From assembly GCA_951406725.2 (NCBI GenBank), contig OX597825.1, positions 26,660,001 to 26,724,000 on the forward strand: a stretch of DNA of 64,000 nucleotides, given 5' to 3'. The translations under genes and the position numbers were made by a program. The DNA is from Octopus vulgaris. Lineage: Eukaryota. The notes beneath the pieces were generated by a model that saw only the letters and a list, made by a program, of their open reading frames with translations, was not told the origin of the DNA and searched no databases. Of the stretch, positions 15,365 through 30,182 are shown piece by piece (the stretch's first letter is position 1; every line of letters begins with the position of its first letter).

Positions 15365-15806
15365 AAGAAACTAATCTTTTCTACTCTTGGGACAAGGCCC
15401 GAAATTTTTGCGGTGAGGAGGCCAGTCGGTTAGAACGACTCCAGTACGCAACTGGTACTTGACTTATCGACCCATAAATGATAAAATGCAAAGTTAACAT
15501 CTGAGGAGTTTGAACTAAGAACTTAAAAACCAACAAATGCTACTAAACATTTAGCTCGGTGTGCTAACGTTTCTTATTTCTTTACTGCCCACAAGGGGCT
15601 AAACAGAGAGGACAAACAAGGACAGACAAACGGATTAAGTCGATTATATCGACCCCAGTGCGTAACTGGCACGTATTTAATCGACCCCGAACGGATGAAG
15701 GTCAAAGTCGACCTCGGTGGAATTTGAACTCAGAACGTAGCGGCAGACGAAATACAGCTAAGCATTTCACTCCGGTGTGCTAACGTTTCTGCCAGTTCAC
15801 CGCCTT
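15365..15806 (-). mobile_element. SINE family A: one full-length copy (15575-15806) and an older adjacent copy
   Basis: Reverse complement of the family A sequence. A second, diverged copy lies at 15365-15574. Confidence 0.8.
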
Positions 15807-18119
15807 CGGTACGAAACTAATATTGCTTTGCGTAACGCTCTTCCCCCAAATAGGACAGATAAGCTTTAGATGAAAATAACAAGAATACTGACGTACACTA
15901 TCAACTCTGAGAAATGAATATGCAGATAGGAATGAGAGTGGATGACAAATGCAAAAGACGAACACTCGCCTCAGGCGAAGACAATCTGTGGAAGAATCTT
16001 TTAGTTAGAATATTGCCTTTGTTCTCGACTTTGTCTGAAATGTGAGAGAAATATGTATGTGGAAAGATTTGTGCATTGCCAAAGAATCAGATCTTTCCTT
16101 CCAGAAGCAGCCATGCCAATACGTTGAGAGTAAGAAAATGTCAACCTCGTCTCATATCTCTTCCCAAATGAAGACAAAAATCAAAATCAGTTTTTCGCCA
16201 GGTACCTTCCTATATACAAATCCGCCGGAATTCGGAGCGACGGAAAATAAGGATGTTGATAAAATATATAAAGTTGAATTTGGGGCGCTGTCATCGTTAT
16301 CCCACAGAGTTGTGGTTAAAAGAGGTTATCACGTGACATTTCTTGGAATAGTTGCAATCCTGAGTTTAAATCATGACGTGGCTTACGTAATAGATACATG
16401 TTAAGAATTCAACAGATTTAGCATTACCATACCGTATCTTAGAAACTTGCAATGGAGTCACCTCACTTGGAAGCTCGTCAGTTATATCTTCATTTCAGAG
16501 ATACCAGTGTCAGAGTCTCTGTAGCAGTGGATCTAGATAAATTTTTTTTACCGAGTGGAACGCATAGACATTCATTGTTTTAAAATAGATTTATAAATTC
16601 TTCTTTCAAATTTCTTGATTTGTTCTACATGAATTCACTTGCATAGATTTACAATAGCACAGTTTGAGAGAACATGTTTACATGGCCAGAAAAATTTCAA
16701 CTGTGTAAAGTGTTGGAGAAGGAAACCTAGTGTTTTGTTTAGTAACTACGTCTACACAAAATATATTCATGGTCTGTAAAAATAAAACAGTGGAGCTGCA
16801 AAATATTTTTGTGTGCGTGGACACCCCAATCTCATAAAAACCTTCAGTGATCATACAGGACCCAGGTTGAGAGCTATATTTCTACAGTGTCATATAGCAT
16901 CTCTTCATTTCGTTTCACATTTTATGCATGTACTATTAACTTTGGCAATGAAATTAATTAAAACCATTGTAGTATAATCTTACCAAGATATTATACCCTA
17001 ACATTGTTGCGTAATGTTAAGTATGATCTCTGCGGTGTATTTCGTTCATATTACAGTTTCGGAAACAAAACCTTTCGATAGCCATGCTTTGAGGATTTAA
17101 AATATCGAAAATCCCAAACGACCGTGGTCTCGAAATTGAATTAATATAGCATTACTGGCATTCTAACATTTATGTTGATTATATAAAAACGCAGAAATTT
17201 TATGCATTTTTATTGCTCATGAAGTATTACCACTATGTCTTGAGTTTCTTGTACGCATTTATTTCATCTCAAGTTTTTGAATTATATAGTTATTACAAGG
17301 TAATTCACCCATTGGAAATAGTTGCATACAATACATATTAATTATATTTCGTTATTCACTCAGTGGACAGATAACGTGTTGCTGCCAATTTAATAGAAAC
17401 TATATATTTGTTTTATTAAGCAATGTCTCGGATATGTCTTGGATGTAGCCTATTGAATTACGTTATCCATATCACATATAACATTCCAAAGACAACATTG
17501 TGCCTGAGATGTAAATATTGACAGTAAGTCAGACGTAAGAGTTATATTGTCATTGTTAACCGTTTCAATCATTACGCTCTGACATCCGTATGGAATACAC
17601 GCACTTCAATGGCAATAGTATTTTCACAAACGCTAGATGAAATTACTTAAGAACTGTGTAAACATAAATTTATTTCTCTCTGAAAGAAAAGCAATTTTTC
17701 AGATTTGATACAACGCCAGTAGTCTTGACGTTATTTAAGAGAATATAATTTGTGAATATATGCGTTTTTCAATTACATATTAAGAAATGTTGTAAGTAAT
17801 AGATTGATGATGAAATAAAACAAACCCATTATATTACTGTTAAATGCACTGAGACGAATTAGAGATTTCTGCTTGTCGATAAGCAGAAATCAGATACAAT
17901 TTGGTTTTAGAATGCAGGAAGAAATATTTAAGTACTATAAACTCATACATGCAGATACACACACACACAGACAGACACACTTCCAAACACACACACGCAA
18001 ACATAAAACATACGCACACTCGCATATTAAATAAATACTTCTTAGGTGTGTATTATGGAATTATTCACGCAACTTGATTGAATTAGACGAAATATAGTCG
18101 ATTTCAGCAAAATATAATT

Positions 18120-18337
18120 TGTATCGTGACCTCGTGAGTACCGCTGGCGATTGTTTTTCCTCTGTCTTCCCTTTTCGGGATCTTTCCTTCTCCTATGTTT
18201 CCGACGAAGAGCTCCGCTCGAAACGTTAAGCCTTCCTTCTTCCCTTCTTTCGTGAGCCTCCAATAATACTTTATTTGTTCCACGTCCTCGCGTTGTTGTG
18301 TTTTTTGGGTTTTTTTTGTGTTTTCTTGTTTGGATTA

Positions 18338-18342
<5 letters not shown>
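18120..18342 (+). mobile_element. Non-autonomous PLE-like pLTR fragment with a hammerhead-like motif, ending in (TA)n
   Basis: HHR-like motif at 18197-18231. The 3' tail (CCAATAATACTTTATTTGTTCCACGTCCT...GATTAACTTTATATA) recurs inverted at 33392-33495, also embedded in (TA)n. Confidence 0.6.
18197..18231 (+). ncRNA. Minimal type I hammerhead-like ribozyme (variant core)
   Basis: GTTT-CCGACGA-A-GAGC.TCC.GCTC-GAAA-CG-TT-AAGC. Core is CCGACGA rather than CUGANGA, stem II is 4 bp, and stem III is palindromic ACGT. Confidence 0.5.
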
Positions 18343-18406
<64 letters not shown>

Positions 18407-19578
18407 ATTTCATTGAGAGGGCGTTAAATGAAGATTCAGATGGAAGGAAATAAATTCAGGAAAATATATAGATATAATAGATACACATATGTATTTATGT
18501 ATATGTATGCATGGGTGTTCGAAAATTCTATAGAAACAGTTTTAATTGGGATTTTGAATAACATTTTAGAAAATCTGGCAAATAAATTCATATATGTTAA
18601 GTTTTTCTAAGCAAATAATACTTCAATAAATTGATATTTTGTTGAATATACCATGTCGTAATTCACATGGTTTATAGTACTTTTATTAATAAACTCGCAT
18701 ATAATAAAGTTCGCATGCATAATCTTCTTTAAAACAACTTATGTGTATATCCCAATTCTTATTCTTTGCATTCACATGGGACAATCACGTAAGCTGGTGA
18801 ACAGCCAGACTGCTAATTCACAGAATGCTTTTTGAAAGGTCGGTTAAACAGATACAGTCACGTCAAAAACATCTCGTTCGTTAACACCAAATACATGAAT
18901 GTATGTGTGTGTGTGCGTGCGAGAGAGCGTGTGTGTGTGTGTTTGTGTTTATGTGTGTGTATGCAAACCTGACACATGACAGGAAAATATCGTACTATTA
19001 TCTGCGGGACAAGAACTTTCTGTTATGCTGTATAATGCAAAACTCAGCGAAAATCTGCACCAAAATGACAACAGAACTTTGAACATCCCAAGTAGAAATC
19101 ATCATCTACTTAGTTAATATTAACTGTACCTGCGAGCTGTCAAATGTAACAGTGATGCAAAATAATCATAGTCCTTATATTGATTAGTACGTTCTCATTG
19201 TTTATGTTAGTAGTGCAACTTTTCCTAAATACGAATTAAATTCTTAACATAGTTCAATTGCCTTTTTAGATTCTTTCAGTTGGATATCTAGATTCTTCTG
19301 CGGTGTCTTTCTTCTTAGTTTAGTGACATTCAAAAAAATAGTGACATGCTTTAGCATGTCACGTTTTTGCGCTATCATTATGAAACTGCTATCTTGCGCA
19401 TTACATGCTCCAGGGTGTGAGGTGTTACAAGCTTCCTAAGATGGAGCCATTTACATCTGCCTTAAGAAAGTGCTACTCTGCCAAGATATGTGTCAGAATA
19501 CCCCTTCCTCCACAAAGTCTACACAGCTGATCTTCCATCTAACCCCATCTATGCAGGTTTGCTGGAGGCGAGCTGGGA

Positions 19579-19812
19579 AAGGCGGCGAGCTGGCAGAAAG
19601 GTTAGCACGCTGGGCGAAATTCTTAGCGGTATTTCGTCTGCCGCAACGTTCTGAGTTCAAATTCCGCCGAGGTCGACTTTGCCTTTCATCCTTTCGGGGT
19701 CGATTAAATAAGTACCAGTTACGCACTGGGGTCGATATAATCGACTTAATCCGTTTGTCTTTCCTTGTTTGTCCTCTCTGTGTTTAGCTCCTTGTGGGTA
19801 GTAAAGAAATAA
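19579..19812 (+). mobile_element. tRNA-derived SINE family A, full-length
   Basis: Nearly identical to 31628-31861. Confidence 0.85.
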
Positions 19813-20279
19813 GGTTTGTTGGCGTCGGGAGAGAGTGGTACAACGCCAGCAGAAAGGAGATGCGCAAAGGTTCCAGCCTCAACAGGTCAGCCCATGTGAA
19901 CTTCCAGTTAGGGAGATCCCATTTAGTTCATGTATCCTGCGATACCAAATTCACAGGTTGTTTAAGTATGTTGAATGAAATAACCATGTTTCCAGTGGTG
20001 AATTACTCATACTCCAAATAATACCTCCGAACACATGGCTATGGCGTCCTCCCACTTCTGTTCGTGATCAGAGATGCACATATTCGTCATTGACATGCTC
20101 AACGGCTTAAAGTCAAATAACTGAAAGGAAATGTGTGGTATTGAGTAGAATATTTGCTGTAGCTATCTTTTGTACCAAGACAAAAGAATGTACATGGTAA
20201 CACTTCAGATCAGTTAAGATCAGAAGCTATGAGAAGCATTGCTTAGTACTGCATCATGGCATTAATTAATATTAATATG

Positions 20280-20299
20280 TTTATTATCATTACTATTAC

Positions 20300-20348
<49 letters not shown>

Positions 20349-20510
20349 ATTATTATCATCATCATCATTATCATCATCATCATCATCATCATCATCGTCA
20401 TCACCATCACCATCATCATCATCATCATCATCACCATCATCACCATCATCATCGTCATCGTCATCATCATCGTCGTCGTCGCCGTCATCGTCATCATCAT
20501 CGTCTTCGTG
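20280..20510. repeat. (ATT)n/(ATC)n microsatellite
   Basis: Read directly. Confidence 0.95.
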
Positions 20511-21554
20511 ATCATTGGTAAATACTATTTTCATCAATTATTTATGACACTTTATAAGACATTAAATTTATTGGCGTATCGCAGCATTTAAAAACAAAAC
20601 GTTTTGTTGCGAACGACATCCTCAAAAATTTGCACAAAGCTTAGCGAGGAATTACTTCGGACCATATAGGCAAGATTCTTATGATGTTTGAGTGAATAGA
20701 AATCTACGTGCCTAAACATGAACAAGTGGCATTACAGTCACCATTTACGCAAGACTCTTGTTAATAGCTTTCGGATTAATATACACAAATACGTGGCGAA
20801 CATTTACGAATTAACGTTATCTAGTTTCTTTAGTTTTCAGATATTTTTGTTACATTTGTTCGCATTCTCTTCTTTAGATATGCCATTACGACAAATATTA
20901 AAGTCGTTTCTTCACTTTCAGGATAAATGTAAATGATCCTGTATGTATTAAGTATTTTATTCTATTTTGTTCTTAATAAGGGAAGCGAAATATAACAGAA
21001 GGAGAACATTTGTGGTAAACTAAGTTTGTTGACATATGTGTGAGTATACGTATGTGTACCAATTTGAATATCTCAGTTTTAATATAAACATACATACCTA
21101 TATATATATACGTGCAATTGTTCTAGAAATACATAACTCTGTCTTAAGGAATACTATATATAAATTTTCCTGAATAACACTTCTGAGACGGGTTTATACA
21201 CTCTGGACTATGTTGTATGAATAATTTTGATGTTAGCCACTGTATGAAAGAAATCAACAGTAATCAATCAAAGGACCTTTTTTATTTCAAGCACACAGGG
21301 GAAACAACAAACGTATTATCCTTGGACGATTACTGTTGTTTAGTCTTTACTCCCTCATGCATAATAATTAACTGACTTATTTACCTCTCATTCTCCGTTT
21401 TCTAATGTTTCTCTGTTGTCAAATAACTGATGGAATTTCACTAGCTCTAAAATTGCGTTTGGAGAACTGTGAAATTCCTTGCACCAAACGTACGGCGCCG
21501 GAAAATAACACTTCTATTAAAAGGTGTTACGTACTTGCTACATTATTGTGTGGC

Positions 21555-21772
<218 letters not shown>

Positions 21773-21807
21773 GCGAAGAACGTTTGTTTGGTAAAGCACG
21801 TGGGTGA

Positions 21808-22277
21808 ATATATAAGAAAATAGTAAAGAGTGAAAAAACGACAGAAGGCTTAAATGTTAAAAAATATATATATTTGCGTCAAAATGTCTGGAGAATATTG
21901 GAAACATTTTTTTCCCTCCTTAAAATGACATAATTTTATAATTTTTAAAGAAATACCGGTTTCGCAGTTAGCTCTTCAAATTTCTTGTGACTTAATGTTT
22001 ATTTTTAATAACGTAATCCTTGTATTTTTGCTACGGAGAGTTCTAAATAAGGGAAAGTAGTGAGTGATTTCTTCCGGTGTAAGGGAGATAATCGCTTAAA
22101 AATTTTTTTTTCCTTTAGTAGCTAACTGCGAAACCGGTATTTCTTTAAAAATTATAAAATTATGTCATTTTAAGGAGGAAAAAATTTTTTCCAATATTCT
22201 CCAGACATTTTGACGCAAATATATATATTTTTTAACATTTAAGCCTTCTGTCGTTTTTTCACTCTTTACTATTTTCT

Positions 22278-22283
<6 letters not shown>
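21808..22283. mobile_element. Fold-back element with about 165-bp inverted arms and an HHR-like motif, TA-flanked
   Basis: 21808-21973 is a near-perfect inverted copy of 22120-22283. The minus strand at 21948-21986 reads AAGAAAT-TTGAAGA-GC.TAACT.GC-GAAA-CCGG-TA-TTTCTT. Confidence 0.75.
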
Positions 22284-22317
<34 letters not shown>

Positions 22318-22345
22318 CATATATATATACATATATACATATATG

Positions 22346-22391
<46 letters not shown>

Positions 22392-23093
22392 TACTTTATA
22401 TATATAATTTCTGCGACTGTGTTCTCTGCCTATTCTCTTTCTCTTTTTGTATCCCTCTATACTCCTGCACACTTCCTTTTCCCACCTTCTCCTTTACTGT
22501 CCCTCGTCTGTTTTTCTTTCACTCTCTATATTTCTTTCCCTCTCCCTTCTCCTCACTTCCTTTATTTCTTTCCTCTCATCCTCTATCTTGTTCCATTTCC
22601 CTTCTCCCTGTTGTTCATACGTGACTACAGGCCATTTTCTCTGACGTTTATGGATGGGACGTCCGTTTGCTGGACGTCATTTCCTTTACGTTTCCATATT
22701 TCTTTTTTCCTTTTTCTGTTTACCTCTTCTCCTTATTCTATATCCTTTCAAAATTTATCCCAGGCGTTACCGATTACAATTCGCGTTAGCCTACGGCCCT
22801 AACAGTCTGTCTTCGTCGATCGTTTCCGTACGGCCACTCTGATGTCATTTGTTCGTTCGTAGCCTTAACTCTTCATAAATTTTATATTTTTTAAATTTCT
22901 GAATGCTAATATCTTATGAAGTTTTCCTGTCTTGTTGTTTAAAGCACGAAACAAGTAGCAATGAACAGTAGATAATTAAATAATTAAGAAGGAGCTAGAT
23001 TTTTTTTTTGTATTTTATCCCATACTTGTGTGTTTACGTATTTTTCGCTCGTTGGTGATATCCTGTACATACTTTGTATTTTCCATATATATA

Positions 23094-23152
<59 letters not shown>

Positions 23153-23454
23153 CCGGAGACCCCCTTCCGTCACGAATATCCATGGGATTGCACCTAGAAA
23201 GTTACCCTCCGAGGGAGGTACAAATCCGGGAAAGGTTGTTTAGGGAAAACCAGCAGTCGCCCATTCATAATGACCTTCCCTCTTCATGCTACCGATGTTA
23301 TCCAAGGGAAAGGCTAAGACCGATAGAGATTGACACCAGTGACGTCGCAACGCATTTATACAGCTGAATGAAATGGAGCAACGTGAAATAATGTATCTTG
23401 CTCAAGAATACTACACGTCTAAGCACTACAAACTTCACTTCGGTATGCTCATTT

Positions 23455-24730
23455 TGAAAACGGGAAAAGAAGACAAACCAAAAAATACATGAAATAATTC
23501 GGATAATCCTAGATTGATCAATTCCCTGATAAGCATAATAATTCTTATTTCTAAATCTCTAAACGTGAGACATTCAGTTACAGTACTCTAGAAAAAAGAT
23601 CATTAGCCAACATGTGGCAGTCCTGGGACTAAATAACTATAGCAATTGTCGTAACCAGGACTGTCATTATGTTGGCAAATAATCGTTACTCTATAATAAC
23701 TCTTCCTTCATCAGTTGGATATACCAAGCGTAATAGATGAAAATATGTATACATACCCATATAAATACTCACTAATAAATACGAATACATATAAATATCC
23801 ACAAATATTTACGAATCTCGCTGTCCGCCTCTGGTGAGAATAGTAGAGAAGTAAATATACTATCCCCTAGTGAATGAAATGCATCAAAATATAATGAAAG
23901 CATAAAATCATAAAAAATTGATGAGTTTATCAGTGGCCAGCATATAACAAAAACTTTTATGTAAAATCGTATGTAGATATATCCGTATATACATATATAA
24001 TTATAAAGAATATAATTATAATTAACGGCACAGACGCAACTGTGCCTATATGCTGGAAAAAGACGGTAAATACGTCCAAACACTACAAGCTTCCCTTCAC
24101 TATACACACGTTGAAAGCGGGAAAAGTGGACCAACCAAACAATTCATAAAATAATTCGGATAATTCATGATTGATAAATGTCTGGATGATAGAATATACC
24201 ATGTGTAATAATTGAAAATATGTACACATACCCATATAAACGCACACGCATAAATACGAGTTATAATTATATTCTAGAAAATTTTAGACCTAAATACGGA
24301 TATATTTATATACGGATTTTAGCTAAAGGTCTTTTATATGCTGGTCAATGATAATATTCATCAATTTTTAATAATGTTATCCTTTAATTATGTGTAGATG
24401 TATCTTACTCACTTCGGGACAGTTTATTTACTTCTGTACTATTCTGACCAAAGACACCCGTGTTGAGGTAGACTACGAAATTCCAATCGTATTTATTGGT
24501 GTATATTCATATGCACTCGTATTTATTCGATTGCATTTATAATGGTATGTATACATATTTTCATTTATTACGCTTGATATATCCTAATGATGAAGAGTTA
24601 TACTTACCCAGAAATTGATCAATCTAGGATTATGAGATTAATTTTAAGAAATTTTTGATTTTGTCCTCTTCCCCGCTTTCAACCTGTGTATATTGAAATA
24701 AAGCTTGCAGTGGTTGGACGTATTTGCCCT
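23455..24730. mobile_element. Old composite direct and inverted repeat element (pLTR-like)
   Basis: TTGAAA.CGGGAAAAG..GAC.AACC...AATAATTCGGATAAT occurs at 23455 and 24111 as a direct repeat. 24295-24730 is a diverged inverted copy of the 23455-24130 block. CTGATGA lies on the minus strand at 23708-23714, next to a hairpin at 23606-23676. Confidence 0.6.
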
Positions 24731-26582
24731 CAATTATACTTATATTCTATGTACTTATATATCTATATACGGACTTTACCTTATATTGATATACGTTGCA
24801 TGTTCATAGTTACATGTTCGCGTATCCTTCAGTATTTGTGTATGTATGCGTTTGTATGTCTATCTATCGATGTATCTATATCTTGATATATAGACAGATA
24901 GACAGACATACAGACAGATAGATCGAGCGAGCGATAGATAGATATGTATTGTTGACAGGTTTACGTTTGTTCCGTATTTCATGCCAATGTCTAGAAACGT
25001 TCCATATCGTGCTTGGTATATCTTAAATATACCTGAAATGCATGTAGTAGTAACGAATCAATTTGTTCCTCTGTAGAGATTTAGGAAATCACAATGTATA
25101 ACTTGTTTTGCTGGAAGTATCATTGTTTTGGGAAGTTGCGTAGAGGTTTCACTTTGTTATACTCTACGACCGATCGGAGCTTATCGTGTAGATATTCATG
25201 TATTACACACACTTACAAAATACACGTTTAAAAATATATATGGCAACAGTGTGTGAATTTGAATGTATTACACTATGAATTATTGTATAAAGTCCGAAGA
25301 CTAGCTGAGTTTTTTTTCCTATTTTCAGGAGTCAATAACTACAGTTTCCAGTTCTGAATGTGTGGGAGTCAATTCTATAGAATTTTCAAATGAATTGTCC
25401 ATGTCGTTTTCTTTTAGTTTAGGTGAACGAAAAACAGAAAACAAAAAAAGAAATTTTTGGAGCCAAACATTAGCTAGCTTCACTATATATGTATCGATTT
25501 CTGATTGATTATAGGAAGTAAATGGCAGTTGAGTGTTTCTGCCATGTATTTCAACAACATCAATGCATATTATTCCTGAAACATCGAAAGGTTTCATTTA
25601 ATTCCATTGAAATTGAATCACAGAGAAACAAATATTGTTATGATGAGGAATTCTGATATTCTTTTTATTAAAACTGGTGTTTGTTAGTAAAATATGACTT
25701 GAAATATTCTATTAATATATTAATATATTTTTTAGCATTTCCTATTTTGTGTGTTGCGTATATTCCTCAATTTACATGTTATTGAGAAAGTAAACACAAT
25801 GCAAATTAACAATTTACGCTTACATAACTTTATATATAATTCTAACTCTACATAATTATATATATATATATATATATATATACATACATATGTATTTATC
25901 TATATATACTTACATATTAATACATAGGTACATGTAAACCTTATACACGAACACACATAAGCGCACATACATATACGCATATATCTATATACATAGGAAC
26001 ACACATACACCAAATATATGTGTGAGTGTGTGAATGTGATTATATGAAGCGCTAAACAAAACATTTTTCTTTATCAATATGTTGGAATATGCTCATAAGG
26101 ATGTGTCTGTTTGTGTGTGTATACACGTACGTAAATGCATATTTGCATACATGTCTATATACTGAAGTAATATAAATTCCCAAATTATAGTTGCTGCAGT
26201 ATAAACATAGTTGATATAAACTATATTTTGATGAAATACTTTTATATTGAAAACTATATAACACATTTACATCGAAGAGGGAGAATTGATATTTCATCAT
26301 GAGTGTCGGGGAGAAATAATTTCTTACTATCCACAAATTTAAATAAAAATTATAATGCCTGTTTACCAACTTCACGTCCTGAGTTCAAATGCAGGTGGGT
26401 TGACTTTCCTTCCATGTATCCGGGGTCGATTATATAAGCACCTGCTGAGGACTGGAGTCAGCGTAATTGGCTCATCCTTCCATCAGAAATTTCTAGCCTA
26501 GTAACAAAATTTGAAATCAATTTTAATGATAAAATTAATATACCCGTACAAAGACAGAATAAACGTTATGAATATAATTATA

Positions 26583-26694
<112 letters not shown>

Positions 26695-26713
26695 TACATA
26701 TATTTATATATAT

Positions 26714-26997
26714 GGAGGCGCAATGGCCCAGTGGTTAGGGCAGCGGACTCGCGGTTGTAGGATCGCGGTTTCGATTCCCAGACCGGGCGTCGTGAGTGTT
26801 TATTGAGCGAAACCACCTAAAATCTGCACGACGCTCCGGCAGGGTGGGGGGTGATCCCTGCTGTACTCTTTCACCACTCTTTCTTCTGTTGGCCTGCTCG
26901 CTTAGCCAGCGGGGTGGCGTCATTCAGAGGCTAAAACAATGCGAACGCATTGTGACCACCGATGTGTAACAACATCTGATGGTCTGGTCGGTCACGT
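26714..26997 (+). mobile_element. tRNA-derived SINE family C
   Basis: A-box TGGCCCAGTGG and B-box GGTTTCGATTCCC. The head is similar to the 34099 element, followed by a distinct body and tail. Confidence 0.8.
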
Positions 26998-27371
26998 AAG
27001 GAACGTAAGGATTTATAAATATGTATATACATATACTGATATATATATTTGTGGATATACGAGTTTGTGTCTGTGTGAGAGTATTATGTAGGTTATAGAA
27101 AAATGCGTATCAATGTAAACCTCCCTTTCCGGAAAAACTGAAGAATTCTATTAATACTTGTTTGTGACATGAAATATTGATGTCATGTTAAATACCTTTC
27201 AGTAGAGATGAGGGATATACAAGGTAATGATGCAAATAACAACGATTTCATTGTTTTTTTAGCTTAGTAGAATACCTCCTGTTGTTTTTACTTTCTATAA
27301 TAAATACATATAACAGAGAAGAAAAAAATATAACCAAATGATGTTCAAATGATGCTAGTAAAATACCATTA

Positions 27372-27450
<79 letters not shown>

Positions 27451-27758
27451 TTAAGATATAAGTAATGATACATATTATCGATTAAATTAAAGGAATTGAT
27501 ATTAAATTTAAAACATTTGTATATATATATATATATATATTCAAATATAAATCATAGAATATGCACATACAATTACGAGCATATATTTTCAATAAAAGCA
27601 TAAATCACTTTGAAGATATTTCCTCTGAGCCTAAATGTACATTTGTTTGACTGTGTGTGTATTACATCTAATTCTATTTTACTTACTTGCATCAGAATTT
27701 ACATTATCCCCGTATATTCTATTCCATGTTAATTATATCTATTTGTCTATCTATCTAA

Positions 27759-27800
<42 letters not shown>

Positions 27801-27849
27801 CTATATGTATGTCTATCTATCTCTCTATCACCCTATCTATATCTATTCA

Positions 27850-27915
<66 letters not shown>

Positions 27916-27946
27916 CTCTATCTCTCTATCTATTTGTCTATCTATC

Positions 27947-27977
<31 letters not shown>

Positions 27978-28009
27978 ATATATATAACTATAACATACTT
28001 AATATGTAC

Positions 28010-28057
<48 letters not shown>

Positions 28058-28109
28058 ATATATTTATATATATGTATATATAAAAATATATGTATGTATT
28101 TGCATATGT

Positions 28110-28191
<82 letters not shown>

Positions 28192-28495
28192 TATTTTCCT
28201 TTTGATATATCAATAAATTGACAAATATATGGATTTTTATATATATACATACCAACCTAGAAATTAGATTAAAAAATTCAGCCGCGTTAACTGCCTTCAG
28301 TGGCAGAGTCCTGATAGTTAAACAAACATGTAAGGTCTTCTTGATTTGTGAATATAATTGGTATATTATTTTCTTTCCACTGACACGCGTCCGGGTAAGG
28401 TCGCACTACGTGCCAACTTGGGTAGGTGCCCGCTTTTATAGCTTTGTAAGGTGAATTCGTAAACGGTTGCTTAGAGAATGCTGTCAAACAAACAG

Positions 28496-28615
<120 letters not shown>

Positions 28616-28735
28616 TTTATTATTGAAGCTGCCAAGAATTCTCACCCAAAATATCCAACGAACGGTGACGTGCAACTCCGAGTAACAATTTTCGTTTTGT
28701 GTTTCCAGTTTTATATATATATAAACAGCAACCAC

Positions 28736-28794
<59 letters not shown>

Positions 28795-29320
28795 TATATG
28801 TATGTATGTATGTATGTAATAAGCGCTCCCGAATTTTCTTTAAACATGGTTTTGCATATTGTTCGAGGACATTCCATTTCTTCTTCTTACAAATTAACAA
28901 AATCTTCTCATTCATGTCTCTATACACGAAAATTTGAAGTTAATCGCAACACAAAATTTCAGCACACTTTATATATGGAACAACAACACGTATACATTCC
29001 TAAATTATTTCGTTTCTTGTTATTGGAAGCCAACCAAACATATACCAATATCAGTACACCACTTTCAAAATACCATGTTGAGCTGGTTCTAAGTATTTTT
29101 ACTGCTTAAAATTTAATGAAATATTAATTTTCAGCTTATTCGATTCCTAAAATGATGTTTCAAACATATTTTGATTACATGTGCATTTATCATATGATAA
29201 GCACATATGACAAGAAAGGAAACATTCTCTTTCCTTGTAATTGTCACTTAAATACATACATTTTAATATTTCCCAGTTGGATTCCAATTGTAATTGTTTC
29301 TTACATTAAATGTATCACAC

Positions 29321-29392
<72 letters not shown>

Positions 29393-29471
29393 TAATAATA
29401 ATAATAATAATAATAACAATAATAATAATAATAATAATAATAACAATAATAATAATAATAATAATAATAAC

Positions 29472-29518
<47 letters not shown>

Positions 29519-29525
29519 TAACAAT
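29321..29525. repeat. (AAT)n microsatellite
   Basis: Read directly. Confidence 0.95.
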
Positions 29526-29543
29526 TTCATTTGTTTACCACCA

Positions 29544-29586
<43 letters not shown>

Positions 29587-29587
29587 T

Positions 29588-29621
<34 letters not shown>

Positions 29622-30182
29622 ATGTATGTATATATGTGTGTGTGTGTGTATGCGTCTATATATATACACACATATATGCATATGATATATTTACAATATA
29701 GATTTATTATATATGTGTGCATATATTTACGGTTTGGTACTTCAGGTAATTTTATTTCAATTCCAACTTCTATTATACTGTAATTATTGATACCGTGTGA
29801 AATAAAATGAACTTATCTGTTACTATTGATATATATTTAATTTTACACGCACTAGTGTTTATCCAATTGAATTGAAATTAAATTTTGTTTCATATGGTAG
29901 AATATTTTAAGCAATTTATTATGATCTTCTAAAGCAGATTTTCCAATTTAATACTAACCTAAAGTATTGGTATTTAATGTTGTATAAACATATTCAGATA
30001 GCTAAATTATTTCACCAAAATACTGACAAATAATAAAATAATGTAAATCGTAGATTATATCCCAATATATATTCGCTATAACGTTTTGATAGTAATCTCT
30101 CAGTCTCCAAAGATGTATCGATAGTAAACGATTCAATCATTTGGGCATTAGCGATTGAATGTATATTAGCGATTTATTGAAA

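Noticed and set aside
26714-26785. tRNA gene (also 34099-34170)
   Set aside because: A and B boxes are present, but there is no proper cloverleaf or acceptor stem, and the sequence continues into a SINE body.
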